From contig JAADHN010000077.1 in NCBI GenBank assembly GCA_013151865.1, positions 392 to 64,391 on the forward strand: a stretch of 64,000 nucleotides of DNA. Direction: 5' to 3'. The stretch comes from Kiritimatiellota bacterium. Lineage in GTDB: Bacteria > Verrucomicrobiota > Lentisphaeria > Oligosphaerales > JAADHN01. How positions within the stretch are numbered: position 1 is the stretch's first letter; each line of letters begins with the position of its first letter. Of this stretch, positions 8,890 to 18,354 are shown one piece after another. Under the pieces are notes generated by a model. The model was not told where the DNA came from and did no database searches. It was given only the letters and a program-made list of their open reading frames with translations. The translations under genes were made by a program, and so were the position numbers.

Positions 8890-11800
8890 TTATCGGGGTG
8901 CTTCTTCGAGTTCGAGTGCGCAGAGGATGGGGTCGGGGCCCACGTTCCCGGCCGTCGGTGTGAGTTCGATTTCGATCCGGTCCCGGGCGCGAATGTCGGC
9001 AAAGGTTCTCACTGCGGCCGCATTCGGACCGCCGGCTGCGCGCTGCGGATCGAACGCTTCGAGAACGGTCCGGCCCTGCAGTCGCACATCGAATGTGCGC
9101 CCACCGGGCCCGGCGTGTGCGGTTTCCGCAAAATGCATCCGGATAGTGTAAGAACGTTTCTGTCCCGCGCCCCGGGGCGGGCGAGGCGGGCGGACAAATG
9201 GCAGAAACCGACTGCAGCATCGGAACTTGGAGCCGTAATATGGGTCGGTCAGGAACACGGTTTCGAGCCCTGAACCGGTCCGGTTTCGGGACATGCAATT
9301 GATGGCCAGTCGCCCGGGGTTCAGTCCGGATCGGGTCAAGGTCTCGAGCGGAATCGCCGCCTCGGCCACCCATGCCCCGTCGTTTCCACGACTGACGAGG
9401 CAGCGCCAGGCGCCCTTCCACTGCGGATCGGTTTTCCGGCTCACACCGACCGTGCCGAACGTCGCGTGGGTCTTGCCGCTCGCCTCGGCCACGAAATGGA
9501 TGCCGACCCGGCGGGTGCGATCCATGAGAAATACTTCTATTCTGTCGTCGGCCCCGGCGTTTTCCGCGGCGTCGCCCCGGTCATGGTCGAAGACGGCCCG
9601 GCGCCGATATCCAAAGTACAGTTTCTTGTCGTCGCGGAAGATGCGGAAATCCAGTGCGGCACCGATCATGGTGAAGGGCGAGTTTTGAAACGGGATGGGC
9701 GGGACATCAGTCCAGCAAGGATCGTCGAGCCGAGCGTCGAGGGTTGGGCTGCCGGCCCGCACTTGCAGGGTCGGTCCCGGTCGGAGGTCCAGGCGGAGCG
9801 TAATGCGACCGCGGCCCTCGATGCCGGACGAATAGAGCCAGGGGACGTCCGTGTCGCGGACCGACGCCGTGGCGCGCCGCCGGTAGTAGCAGGTCGCGCC
9901 CGGCATGTCCAGAACGGCCGGAACCGGGCAGGCCGAAGCCAGCATCGGTCGCGGGAATCCCAGCCACGCTCTGCCTCGGGCGTCCTTCCGATCTCCCGGC
10001 GCGCCGAAATTGACGGCGATTCGCCTGACTCGCCCCTCGCTTGTCGCACGTGGAAAGACGTACCAATTGTCTCGGTCTTGCGGAGCGGAGACGAGGGCCA
10101 GGTTCGTCTTGTAGCTATAACTACACGGGCAGCCGCTGTAGCCCTGGGAGTGGATCAACAGTCCGTTGGCGGCGAGTAAGGTGCGTGCACATCCGGACCG
10201 GACGCCGCCGAAGTTCGTCAGACCTCCGGTTCTCATATCGAACAGCCCGTCGTCTCCCGCTCGAAAGAAGAGCAGGTTGCGGCATCCGGCCGTGGGGCCG
10301 CAGCCGTAGGCCCGCGGGTAACGCCAGGGCCCGGTGAGGCCGGTCAACGGATCTTCGCTCAGGACCGGCTTTCCGCTGCGGAGTTCGAGGGCTTGCGAGC
10401 CGGTAATGATCCGGTCGCCGTAAACGATCGGCAGCTTTCCGGGACGCACTCTGGTCTGCCAGAGTTTTCGCCCGGTGGCCGCATCGTACGCGGCGTTCGC
10501 CCCATATAGGACCGTGCCTCGAGCATAAACCAGGTGTCCCCAATTCGGCAGGCCCATGAACAGGTGGGTGACATTGGACTTCAGTCGCGACAGCATGCTG
10601 CGGTCCCCCAGGAGCGGGACATCGTCCTGTCGCCACAGTTCGGCGCCGGTATCGAGGTCGAGTGCGATCAATGCGAGTTGCGCCGGCACTTTCCCGCCCC
10701 GACGTCGCGCCCTGACAAGGTCGGCTTTCGAGGTGCCGTCGATCAGGAACAGTCGTCCATCACCCCACGCGATTTCGATGTTCGCCACCACACGGTCGGG
10801 TTGTGTGCGATACACCCAGCGGGGGGAGCCATCCCGTTTGTCCAGCGCGAATACCGCCTTACTCTCCGAGCGTTTGAGCAGTTGCGACTCGGCTGGCTCG
10901 CCGGCTGCGATCGGAACGTTGTAACTGCCCAGGAGCAGACGGTCCGTGACGGACAGATACCCCCAGATCAAGGCGCCCAGGTCCGGCACATTCGGGTTTT
11001 CCCCGCGAACGACCGGCATGAGGGTCTTCGCCTTGTCGGCCACACTCGCCGAGGTCACGGCCCAGCCGCGACTGCCGGCGGTCACCATCACGGCCAGCAC
11101 ATGCTCGCCGGCGGCGAGGTCCGCATCGAAAAAACGGTCGGTTGCCGAGCAAGGGCGCGGATCGAAATACCCGCGCCGCCGCGCCTCCCAGTTGTCTCGC
11201 AAGGCGTCGAATACAAGTCGCCCGTCGATGAACCAGCGCATTCCCCAGTCGGCTCCGCAGCCGATGAGGGCTTTTCCGGCATGCGGGACGCGGATGCGGG
11301 CAAAGGCGTAACAGATGCGACCTACGTCCTGGAAGCTGTATCGCCGGCCCCGGCGCGGTCGGGCAGCCGGGGTGCGTTTCGGGTCAGGCTTCAGTCCGAA
11401 CCCGCCGAAGAGCAGGGTGAAGTCCAGCAAACCACCGGGTCCGGCCTGCATTTCCCTCGCGGGGTATCGGCGTCCGTTAACGGTTACGGCGTCCGGGACG
11501 GCGGCGAGGACTTTGCCCCGCAGGGGCGGCGGCCCTTTTGGGAACGGCCCGAGCACGCGCCAGACGGTCGGCCATTCCACGTCCGTGTAGTCCGGGACGT
11601 TTGGGGGCGGCGTGCCGGCGACGACTCTCGGGGGGATCCGGTACGCGGCGGCCGTCGTGCCGTCCGATTGGCGCAGGCGGCGGCAGCGGTCACCTTGGAC
11701 CACGTACACGCTGTCATCGTCCACGACCAGGTTGCTCGAATAATACTGGGCGTACTTGCGACCGATATTCTCGAGTTCGCGGCCCCACAGTTCTCGGCCG

Positions 11801-13890
11801 GTGTAGGCGTCGAATGCAATGATGCAGTTCCGGCCTTCCAGAAAGACCCGGCCGTTGGCGGAAACAGGCGGAGGTCCCATCAGGTGACGGTCGATCAGGC
11901 GTCCGCCCCCCGGGCCGCCGAACCACAGCAGTTCCAAAGGCAGGCGTACGCGGCTTTCCCGGCCGACCCCGCTACGCCCGCCGTCGGCCCACGGATAACG
12001 CCACTCGCCCGCGCCCGGCAACGGCCCGCGGACCACCAATCGTCCGTTGTCCCGGACCTCTGAAGCGGGGATTCCGGCACGTTCGATGAAAGCCCGGCGG
12101 GCCGGGGCGTCGAACCCAATCAGGGACAGGGCCCCGCCGCACGGGTGTAGGACGCGGTAGCATTCGGCGGGTGTTGCCGCCGGCGTGGCCGCGGCGGACA
12201 CCACGACGAGGTTCGCGAAAAAAGAAGGCAGACGAAGGCGTGCGCGGTCCGCATCTGCGAACACCGCAACCCGGTCGCCGAGAAGGCCGGCGTCGAGCAG
12301 CCGGGTCCGGTCGCCGGCGGCCTGTTCGGAGGTGTACAGTTGGCTGACGACGTGCAGGCGGGTCTGCCGGGCGAGTGCGGCCGCCAAGGCACTGTTCGGT
12401 TCGCCGATTACCAGGGCGTATCCGTCGGACTTCTCTGTGCGGCGCACGATTTCCGCCGCCCTATCGGCTTGCGCGGCGGCCACGGTCCAGGGCAGAGCCG
12501 TTTCGCGAACCCGCCGTGGTTCGCGGCGTCCGCCGCCGTCGTCGGCAGGTCCGAAACATAGGATTCGGCCCGCGGCGGTGGCGGCGAAGATTCGTCCTCC
12601 GGCCACGGCCAGGCCGCGGACCGCTTCACCTTTCAATTGCACCGACCAGACCGATTTGCCCGAGACTGCGGCGAAGGCGCGGATCGAACCCCGATTGCCC
12701 GTCAACAGTGTGCCGCCGGCCAAGGCCATACAGTAAATGCGTTCGGGGAAGGGAACTTGCCAGCGTGTGTCGGCCGGTCGGACCCTGCGTCCGCTTCGCA
12801 GCGCGGTGAGGTCGATGGCCTCGAGACGACCGTTGCCCGCGGCAAGAACCACGTCGTTCGCGACCAACACGCGGTATCTGCCGGGGATTTGGTTGATTTG
12901 TTCGCCGGTTGCCGGATCGTAGGCGACCATGCCGTCCTGCGGGCACGGATCTGCTTCACCGATGCGCGGGGCCGACGGGTTTTCGAAGCGATTCTTCGGG
13001 TTGAAATAGATGTCCTCGCCCGCTGTGCACCAGACGCCGCCGCCGTACTGGGCGCGGTGGTAATGGGTCTTTTCGGGTTTGTAGTGGAGGAGGCGTCCCG
13101 TACGCCGGTCGAACCCGGCCGGGACACTTCGGCCGGTGGGCACGAGGAGCACCTCGTCCGCCAGCACCAGGTAGCCCTGGGGCGCCACGCCCCCGAAACC
13201 GTTCGCCACCGCGTGCGGCAGGTCCACGTACAGCATACCGCTGCTGTCGTTGCACCAGAGTTCTCGCCCCGTGTCCGCATTCAAGGCGTAGATATAAACG
13301 CCTTCGGCCGGCCACATCCCGGCCGTGGTGTAGAGGACGTCTCCTTCGACGAGCACGCCGGTGCGGCACGGCGAGCGCGCGACGAGGCGACCGTTGCCCA
13401 GTATCCGATCCGGTTCCGGGCCGGCGCGGAAACGCCAGCGCAAGGAGCCGGTTTGCGCCCCCAGGCAATAGACCCAGCCGTCGTCCGCGGCCAGATAAAC
13501 CCACTCCCCGGCCACAGCCGGAGCGAAACGAATCGGGCCTTCAGCGGTGAAACGCCACAACGGCGCGCCCGACTCGGCGTCGATGGCTCGGAGCGTATCG
13601 TCCGCCGACGAGCCGAAGAAGACTCGCCCCCCCGCAACCACCGGTTGAAACGCTCGGTCGAAATCGGTTCGGTTCAATTCCCTGCCCGGTTCCGGCCAAG
13701 CGGGCGCCGGGGGGTGTGCCGGCCGATACGACCATTCAAGCGCCAGGGGGAACACGAGGCGGTCGGGAGACCGGCTCGACCGGCGAGAATCCGCCTTGTA
13801 CGCGGGCCAGTCCGCCGCGGCCGTGCCCAAGCAGAGAAGACAGAGCAGGCCGATTCCCGGACGAGACCGAGGGAATACGGGAGTTCGCAT
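8890..13890 (-). CDS. 1666-aa secreted multidomain protein: PQQ-like (BamB-like) beta-propeller repeats, beta-sandwich inserts, CBM9-like and malectin-like C-terminus
   Basis: ATG at 13890 gives the signal peptide MRTPVFPRSRPGIGLLCLLCLGTAAADWP. Propeller blades repeat (GRVFFGSSADDTLRAIDAESGAPLWRF, GWVYCLGAQTGSLRWRF, IIAFDAYTGRELWG). The CBM9-like segment is LDARLDDPCWTDVPPIPF. The malectin-like segment is TIRMHFAETAHAGPGGRTFDVRLQG. The 140 codons upstream in the ORF track look non-coding. Confidence 0.7.
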   Translation of the reverse strand: MRTPVFPRSRPGIGLLCLLCLGTAAADWPAYKADSRRSSRSPDRLVFPLALEWSYRPAHPPAPAWPEPGRELNRTDFDRAFQPVVAGGRVFFGSSADDTLRAIDAESGAPLWRFTAEGPIRFAPAVAGEWVYLAADDGWVYCLGAQTGSLRWRFRAGPEPDRILGNGRLVARSPCRTGVLVEGDVLYTTAGMWPAEGVYIYALNADTGRELWCNDSSGMLYVDLPHAVANGFGGVAPQGYLVLADEVLLVPTGRSVPAGFDRRTGRLLHYKPEKTHYHRAQYGGGVWCTAGEDIYFNPKNRFENPSAPRIGEADPCPQDGMVAYDPATGEQINQIPGRYRVLVANDVVLAAGNGRLEAIDLTALRSGRRVRPADTRWQVPFPERIYCMALAGGTLLTGNRGSIRAFAAVSGKSVWSVQLKGEAVRGLAVAGGRIFAATAAGRILCFGPADDGGGRREPRRVRETALPWTVAAAQADRAAEIVRRTEKSDGYALVIGEPNSALAAALARQTRLHVVSQLYTSEQAAGDRTRLLDAGLLGDRVAVFADADRARLRLPSFFANLVVVSAAATPAATPAECYRVLHPCGGALSLIGFDAPARRAFIERAGIPASEVRDNGRLVVRGPLPGAGEWRYPWADGGRSGVGRESRVRLPLELLWFGGPGGGRLIDRHLMGPPPVSANGRVFLEGRNCIIAFDAYTGRELWGRELENIGRKYAQYYSSNLVVDDDSVYVVQGDRCRRLRQSDGTTAAAYRIPPRVVAGTPPPNVPDYTDVEWPTVWRVLGPFPKGPPPLRGKVLAAVPDAVTVNGRRYPAREMQAGPGGLLDFTLLFGGFGLKPDPKRTPAARPRRGRRYSFQDVGRICYAFARIRVPHAGKALIGCGADWGMRWFIDGRLVFDALRDNWEARRRGYFDPRPCSATDRFFDADLAAGEHVLAVMVTAGSRGWAVTSASVADKAKTLMPVVRGENPNVPDLGALIWGYLSVTDRLLLGSYNVPIAAGEPAESQLLKRSESKAVFALDKRDGSPRWVYRTQPDRVVANIEIAWGDGRLFLIDGTSKADLVRARRRGGKVPAQLALIALDLDTGAELWRQDDVPLLGDRSMLSRLKSNVTHLFMGLPNWGHLVYARGTVLYGANAAYDAATGRKLWQTRVRPGKLPIVYGDRIITGSQALELRSGKPVLSEDPLTGLTGPWRYPRAYGCGPTAGCRNLLFFRAGDDGLFDMRTGGLTNFGGVRSGCARTLLAANGLLIHSQGYSGCPCSYSYKTNLALVSAPQDRDNWYVFPRATSEGRVRRIAVNFGAPGDRKDARGRAWLGFPRPMLASACPVPAVLDMPGATCYYRRRATASVRDTDVPWLYSSGIEGRGRITLRLDLRPGPTLQVRAGSPTLDARLDDPCWTDVPPIPFQNSPFTMIGAALDFRIFRDDKKLYFGYRRRAVFDHDRGDAAENAGADDRIEVFLMDRTRRVGIHFVAEASGKTHATFGTVGVSRKTDPQWKGAWRCLVSRGNDGAWVAEAAIPLETLTRSGLNPGRLAINCMSRNRTGSGLETVFLTDPYYGSKFRCCSRFLPFVRPPRPPRGAGQKRSYTIRMHFAETAHAGPGGRTFDVRLQGRTVLEAFDPQRAAGGPNAAAVRTFADIRARDRIEIELTPTAGNVGPDPILCALELEEAPR

Positions 13891-14181
13891 GTCGGGTCTC
13901 CTGCAATGGACGGCCGGGGCGGTCGAGGCAACCAGTGGGAAGGTCCGCCGCAGTGTCGAGGTCTTTCGGGTCGGCAGGCCCTGAAGGCTGCGGTTTTCAC
14001 GAAACCGCCGGCCCCCTCGAACAGTAACAACGGTTCGAGACGGATCAAGAGCGCGGAGGCAACGGCCCGGTCTGCCGTGGGGTTGTCCGACTTTTCTTCG
14101 ACCCGCACCGTTGGTTGTTCGCGGACATGGCCTGCGGCACATTGCCCGTCGGGCCAAGCCCCCCACGCCGGAGATCACACC

Positions 14182-14767
14182 ATGCGTTTTGCCCAGACTC
14201 TCATTGTTTTCGGGATCGTGCTGCCGGTCGAATGTCACGGGGCACGGGTTGTTCTTGCCGCGGCCGGCGAGCCCAAGGCGACGATCGTGCTCCAGGTCGG
14301 CGCTCCCCAACGCCTGCAGCAGGCCGCCGCGGATCTGCGGCTGTACGTGAAGAAACGGTGCGGCGTGACGTTGCCCCTGAAGCGGGACGGGCGGTGTTGT
14401 GATCCGAGGCGGAGCGGGCGGCGTTTATCTGCAAGATTTGCGGGTGCGTCCCGGAGAACGGTACCTCTGCCTTGCCTGGGCGCGATACCGGTCGTCGAAC
14501 GGCAGCCCGGTCGGACACTTCGGGGTGCGTTTCCGCACTGCCGCCAATCGCTGGCATCCGCGCATGGACCGCGAACCGAAGGTGAATCTCGAACCGGCGA
14601 AAAAATGGCAACCCTTGATCCTGTTCGTCGTCGTCCCGGACAAAGCGGCGCATATGATTCTCATGCCCGGCGTGGACCACCCCGGCAAAGGCGCGGCGGT
14701 GTATTTCGACGACATCGCCGTCTACCGGCTTCCTGTCGGGTTCCGAACGAGGTCCGACCCTGAATAA
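14182..14767 (+). pseudogene. decayed remnant: N-terminus of a DUF4838-type secreted enzyme joined out of frame to the C-terminal half of a CBM-like domain
   Basis: Frame 1 from ATG 14182 reads MRFAQTLIVFGIVLPVECHGARVVLAAAGEPKATIVLQVGAPQRLQQAAADLRLYVKKRCGVTLPL and then turns to nonsense. Sense resumes in frame 2 after the TGA at 14378 as GGVYLQDLRVRPGERYLCLAWARY..AAVYFDDIAVYRL. The opening is laid out like the intact gene at 52290..54950. Confidence 0.6.
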
Positions 14768-14961
14768 TGCATGATCTATTTGCAGCGACGACGCACCTCA
14801 ACCGCCTTTGGGGACATTGCTGCAGCCCGCCGCCCCGGCAAGCGGTATATTTCACGGCCTCGCCCTGTATTCGACGCATCGCCCTCGAATCCGTACAAAC
14901 TGTGCCATCTCGCTGCGAAGTCCCTGAATCAATCAAGATAGTGAATCATTTGAAAACGTCT

Positions 14962-17265
14962 TCAGACCGGAAAGATGAAATAGCGTTCGGGATTGACCCC
15001 GCCGGTATGGAAGTAGTACCAAACGTTGAAAACCATGATCGAACACGCAATGAAGATCTCGCCCATGATCGCGCCCATGAAGAAAGGCTTCAAACTTTGA
15101 TAGACCCGCCCGCCGCCGTACTTGACGACGGCGGCCTTGATGACGCACCCCACCAGAAACGAAGCGGCGAAACAAAGCGTGGCCCACGTCCTCCACGTGA
15201 GGAATAATACAGGGTGGATCATCCACCAGGGATATCGCAGGCGCATGTAGTAGGTGATCAGCACGGCCAAGAACCCGAAGAGGAGCCACGGCAACACGCC
15301 CGGCTTCATGGACCAATGGGCCATCCGGAACTTCAACCCCTCCCACGAAAAAACACCTTCCGTCCGCTCGATTCGACATACTTTGTCGAGCAGGCCCGGT
15401 TCCCGCGAGATTTCGGCCACGGCGCTCGCTACCCGGTCGAACGTTCGGCGGGGGGGCCACGTCAGGGCATAACTGTCGCTACCGCGACCGTTGTAGTTGA
15501 CCCAAAGTGCCATGAGAAACGCCACGACCAGACATGGCAGCAGCACGACGAGGACGGTCCCGGCCAAGCGTCCGTTCCGAACCTTCTCCCGTTCGGCAAC
15601 TTTGAAGCCGTTGGTGAGAAAACAGGTGAGGGCCTCGCGCGGGTCGCTCCCCAGGGCCGTGGTCAACAATCCCATGATGGCCAGGCTGTACGGTCCGAGC
15701 GCCGTCGAACCGAAAAGTTTGACGAAAAAACCGGCGGGTTTCCAGTTGGCCTGGACCAGCGGCGAGCCGGATTCCGCCGAAACCCGGGCCAAAACCAGGT
15801 AGAGAATCATCAGACTAGTGAAGAAAAGCAGGGACAGCCAGATGTTCAACCCCGCCACGCACCCGAGTGCGACCATACCCAGGAAACTCAGCAGAAACGC
15901 CCGGGCCGCCCAGGCAACGTCCGCATCCACGCCTGGCCCGGGACGGAAGGTGAGCGCGGCGCGAAAGACGCGAAGGTAGTAGTTGCGCCCCAGGTAAACG
16001 ATCATCACGAACATGCCGATGTAGGCCCCTGTCAGCGAACTCAGGTGGTGATAATTGGTGTAGCTGACCCCGAGGGTCCACATGAAATACGAAAAAAAGG
16101 TGAGCGCCACGGTCGTCAATCCCAGCGACAGGGAAACGTCGGTCGGGATGAAGTACGCAAAAGCGATCACCCCCAGATAGACTTTGTTGTTGAAAACCGA
16201 CCACGAACTCATGCCGTGATAGTAGTAATTCGGGAACTTGGCGGCAATAAGGTAACCCACACGCCATTCGAGCTTGATGTTGATCATCGTCTCCGGGTAC
16301 CACACATAGATCTCGCGGACAAGATGGATGCCGGCCACGAGTGCAAAAGCGACCCAGAACTTCCGTTCGTACCACATTGAGGGAAACCGCCGCTCGCCTT
16401 CGACGCGCAACATCTCGTCTGTAAACTCGGCGATGGGATAGGGCAATAACTCGTTCCTGGACCATTGGGGATGGACGACGACCATCATGGTCGTCATGAA
16501 AACCAGGAAAAAGATGATCATCGGGGTCCAGAAGAGGAGCGGGTTGAACCACGAATCCAAAGGGATGACGTCCGCAGTCCCCTGCACGGGCCAAAAATAG
16601 ATGAACTTGGTCCCCTTGGTGATGCCGTTCCGAAACCCTTTATTGACGTACTCCGCCCGTCGGAGCCGGGCTTGTCGCTGCTCGCGGGAAAGGGATCTAT
16701 CCAGGACCGGATCGTCCCCCTCGATGTACCACCCCTCGGGCACGAGCGCATCCGGGGCGTATTTGAGAACCTGGTAGTCCTGCCAATTCTGGCGCCCGGA
16801 GTACAGGTCGTAGGGGCAGGTGAGGATCTGCGGGAAGTAGCGCATCAGCCCCGAAGTGGGCAGGGAGCAGGCGGCCAGGAGGATGACGAAACCGACCACC
16901 AATTCGCCGTTGGAGAACTGAAATGCTTTGGGCAAGCGGCGACTCAGGGGCCGATAGACGAGGTTGATCAAGAAGAGCAGCCCGAACACGCCGAACGGCA
17001 ACGTAGTGCCGACGAACAGGTTCGACTTGATCATGTAATCGTTCGGATAGGCGACGAAGCAGACGCCCAGTCCCCCGATCAGGCCGAGCAGAATCGCTTT
17101 GGCGGTAAAGTGCCTGCGCACCCGATGTTCTCCCGTGGCATTCGCCGACAGTGTGCGCCGATCCGCTCGACGGCGCCGGGGCAAGGCTGCTGAATGCCCG
17201 GGGCCTGTCGGCGCACGGGCAGACCTCGCCACAAGGCGGCGTCCCCTGCTGTCTCCAACCTTCAA
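14962..17265 (-). CDS. polytopic membrane protein, OPT-superfamily-like (possibly the DUF6785/DUF6784 type; tentative)
   Basis: There are many hydrophobic segments. LPYPIAEF resembles the OPT-type L-P-F-P motif. The C-terminal segment is RYPWWMIHPVLF..KYGGGRVYQSLKPFFMGAIMGE. The start is uncertain: 17265 is TTG, and GTG at 17121 (VRRHFTAKAILLG) is an alternative. Confidence 0.6.
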   Translation of the reverse strand: MKVGDSRGRRLVARSARAPTGPGHSAALPRRRRADRRTLSANATGEHRVRRHFTAKAILLGLIGGLGVCFVAYPNDYMIKSNLFVGTTLPFGVFGLLFLINLVYRPLSRRLPKAFQFSNGELVVGFVILLAACSLPTSGLMRYFPQILTCPYDLYSGRQNWQDYQVLKYAPDALVPEGWYIEGDDPVLDRSLSREQRQARLRRAEYVNKGFRNGITKGTKFIYFWPVQGTADVIPLDSWFNPLLFWTPMIIFFLVFMTTMMVVVHPQWSRNELLPYPIAEFTDEMLRVEGERRFPSMWYERKFWVAFALVAGIHLVREIYVWYPETMINIKLEWRVGYLIAAKFPNYYYHGMSSWSVFNNKVYLGVIAFAYFIPTDVSLSLGLTTVALTFFSYFMWTLGVSYTNYHHLSSLTGAYIGMFVMIVYLGRNYYLRVFRAALTFRPGPGVDADVAWAARAFLLSFLGMVALGCVAGLNIWLSLLFFTSLMILYLVLARVSAESGSPLVQANWKPAGFFVKLFGSTALGPYSLAIMGLLTTALGSDPREALTCFLTNGFKVAEREKVRNGRLAGTVLVVLLPCLVVAFLMALWVNYNGRGSDSYALTWPPRRTFDRVASAVAEISREPGLLDKVCRIERTEGVFSWEGLKFRMAHWSMKPGVLPWLLFGFLAVLITYYMRLRYPWWMIHPVLFLTWRTWATLCFAASFLVGCVIKAAVVKYGGGRVYQSLKPFFMGAIMGEIFIACSIMVFNVWYYFHTGGVNPERYFIFPV

Positions 17266-17395
17266 GGCGTCACAGTCTGGGGATCAGGGGATTCGGGCAG
17301 TACGCGCCGGCCAATTCCCGTCCGGTCCGCCAGCTCACCCGGCCGCGCGGGAATCCGCCCTCTCGCATCCCCTCGAACCGGGGCCTCCAACGGTC

Positions 17396-18262
17396 TTATT
17401 CCGCGTTCTTTTTCCCGCCTCCGACCACGGCGGCTTTCACGACAGTCTTGCCAGCGGCTCCAGATTTCACGGCTCCGCCTCCTTTTGCGGGCGGGACTTT
17501 CACGGGAACGGAAGCTTTGATATCGCCGGATTTCCCCGCACCGTCCCCGGCCGTTGCGGCGCTCGCGGCCGGCGCTTTCTTGACGGTCTTTTTGCGTGCG
17601 AGGGCCAGTTTGGCGGCCTTGAGCGCAGTCAGGCTTTCCAATGCGGCTTTGCGGTAGTATCCCCGGGCGCCAGCGCTGATGGCCGCCTCGCAATGCCGCT
17701 TGGCTTCGGCGGTCTTGCCAAGGGCCCGTGCACACCGTGCCGCCCCCACGTAAGCCTCTGCCTGAACCTCGGCATCGGAGGCGGACCGGGCCACTTCCAG
17801 GAACACCTTTTCCGCGTCGACGGACTTCCCGGCCCCCTCGAGGGCGTAGGCCATTCCGAGACGAGCTGCGGAAAGAAGAGAACTCTCCGGATGATCTTGA
17901 ATAAAGGCGGAGAATTCCTTGAAGGCACGGTCGAACTTCTCGTCGAGCAAGAGTTGGCGCGCGGCGCGGAAGGCAGCCTGGACTCCCGGCGGCAAATCGC
18001 CGTATTCACGGGCCACTCGGGCCAACTCTTCGTAATCGGCAGCCTTATCCAACGCGGCGAACCCCGCCGCCGTGCGGCGTGCGGCGCGAACCTTCCAGGA
18101 AGCCAGTGCCACAGCCAGGACAACCATGACCGCGAAGGACAGCCCCCAACTCTTCAAACGAGGACGAATGTGCATCTCGAAAAACTCGTCCGGTGGAACA
18201 TCCGGTCCGGTCTTGGACGACTCTTCCGGCACAACTTTCAATCGGCGATGTTTCTTTGCCAT
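17396..18262 (-). CDS. membrane-anchored TPR-like protein (YfgM-like layout) with Lys/Ala-rich basic tail
   Basis: ATG at 18262. It has a single TM (WGLSFAVMVVLAVALASW), Ala-rich helical repeats, and the C-terminal tail KKTVKKAPAASA..KTVVKAAVVGGGKKNAE. Confidence 0.6.
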   Translation of the reverse strand: MAKKHRRLKVVPEESSKTGPDVPPDEFFEMHIRPRLKSWGLSFAVMVVLAVALASWKVRAARRTAAGFAALDKAADYEELARVAREYGDLPPGVQAAFRAARQLLLDEKFDRAFKEFSAFIQDHPESSLLSAARLGMAYALEGAGKSVDAEKVFLEVARSASDAEVQAEAYVGAARCARALGKTAEAKRHCEAAISAGARGYYRKAALESLTALKAAKLALARKKTVKKAPAASAATAGDGAGKSGDIKASVPVKVPPAKGGGAVKSGAAGKTVVKAAVVGGGKKNAE

Positions 18263-18354
18263 GCCAGACCTCTTCCATGCACTTCATGTTCGCGGGGAAG
18301 TTGAAGGACGAATGCGACCAGACAAGTTTCGTCGGCCCACGGGGGGGCAAGGGA

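Noticed and set aside
14399-14767. ORF 14399..14767 as an independent 122-aa gene
   Set aside because: It starts mid-way through a CBM-like fold at a GTG with no RBS. It is directly preceded, in another frame, by the orphan N-terminus starting at 14182. I treated the two together as one pseudogene.
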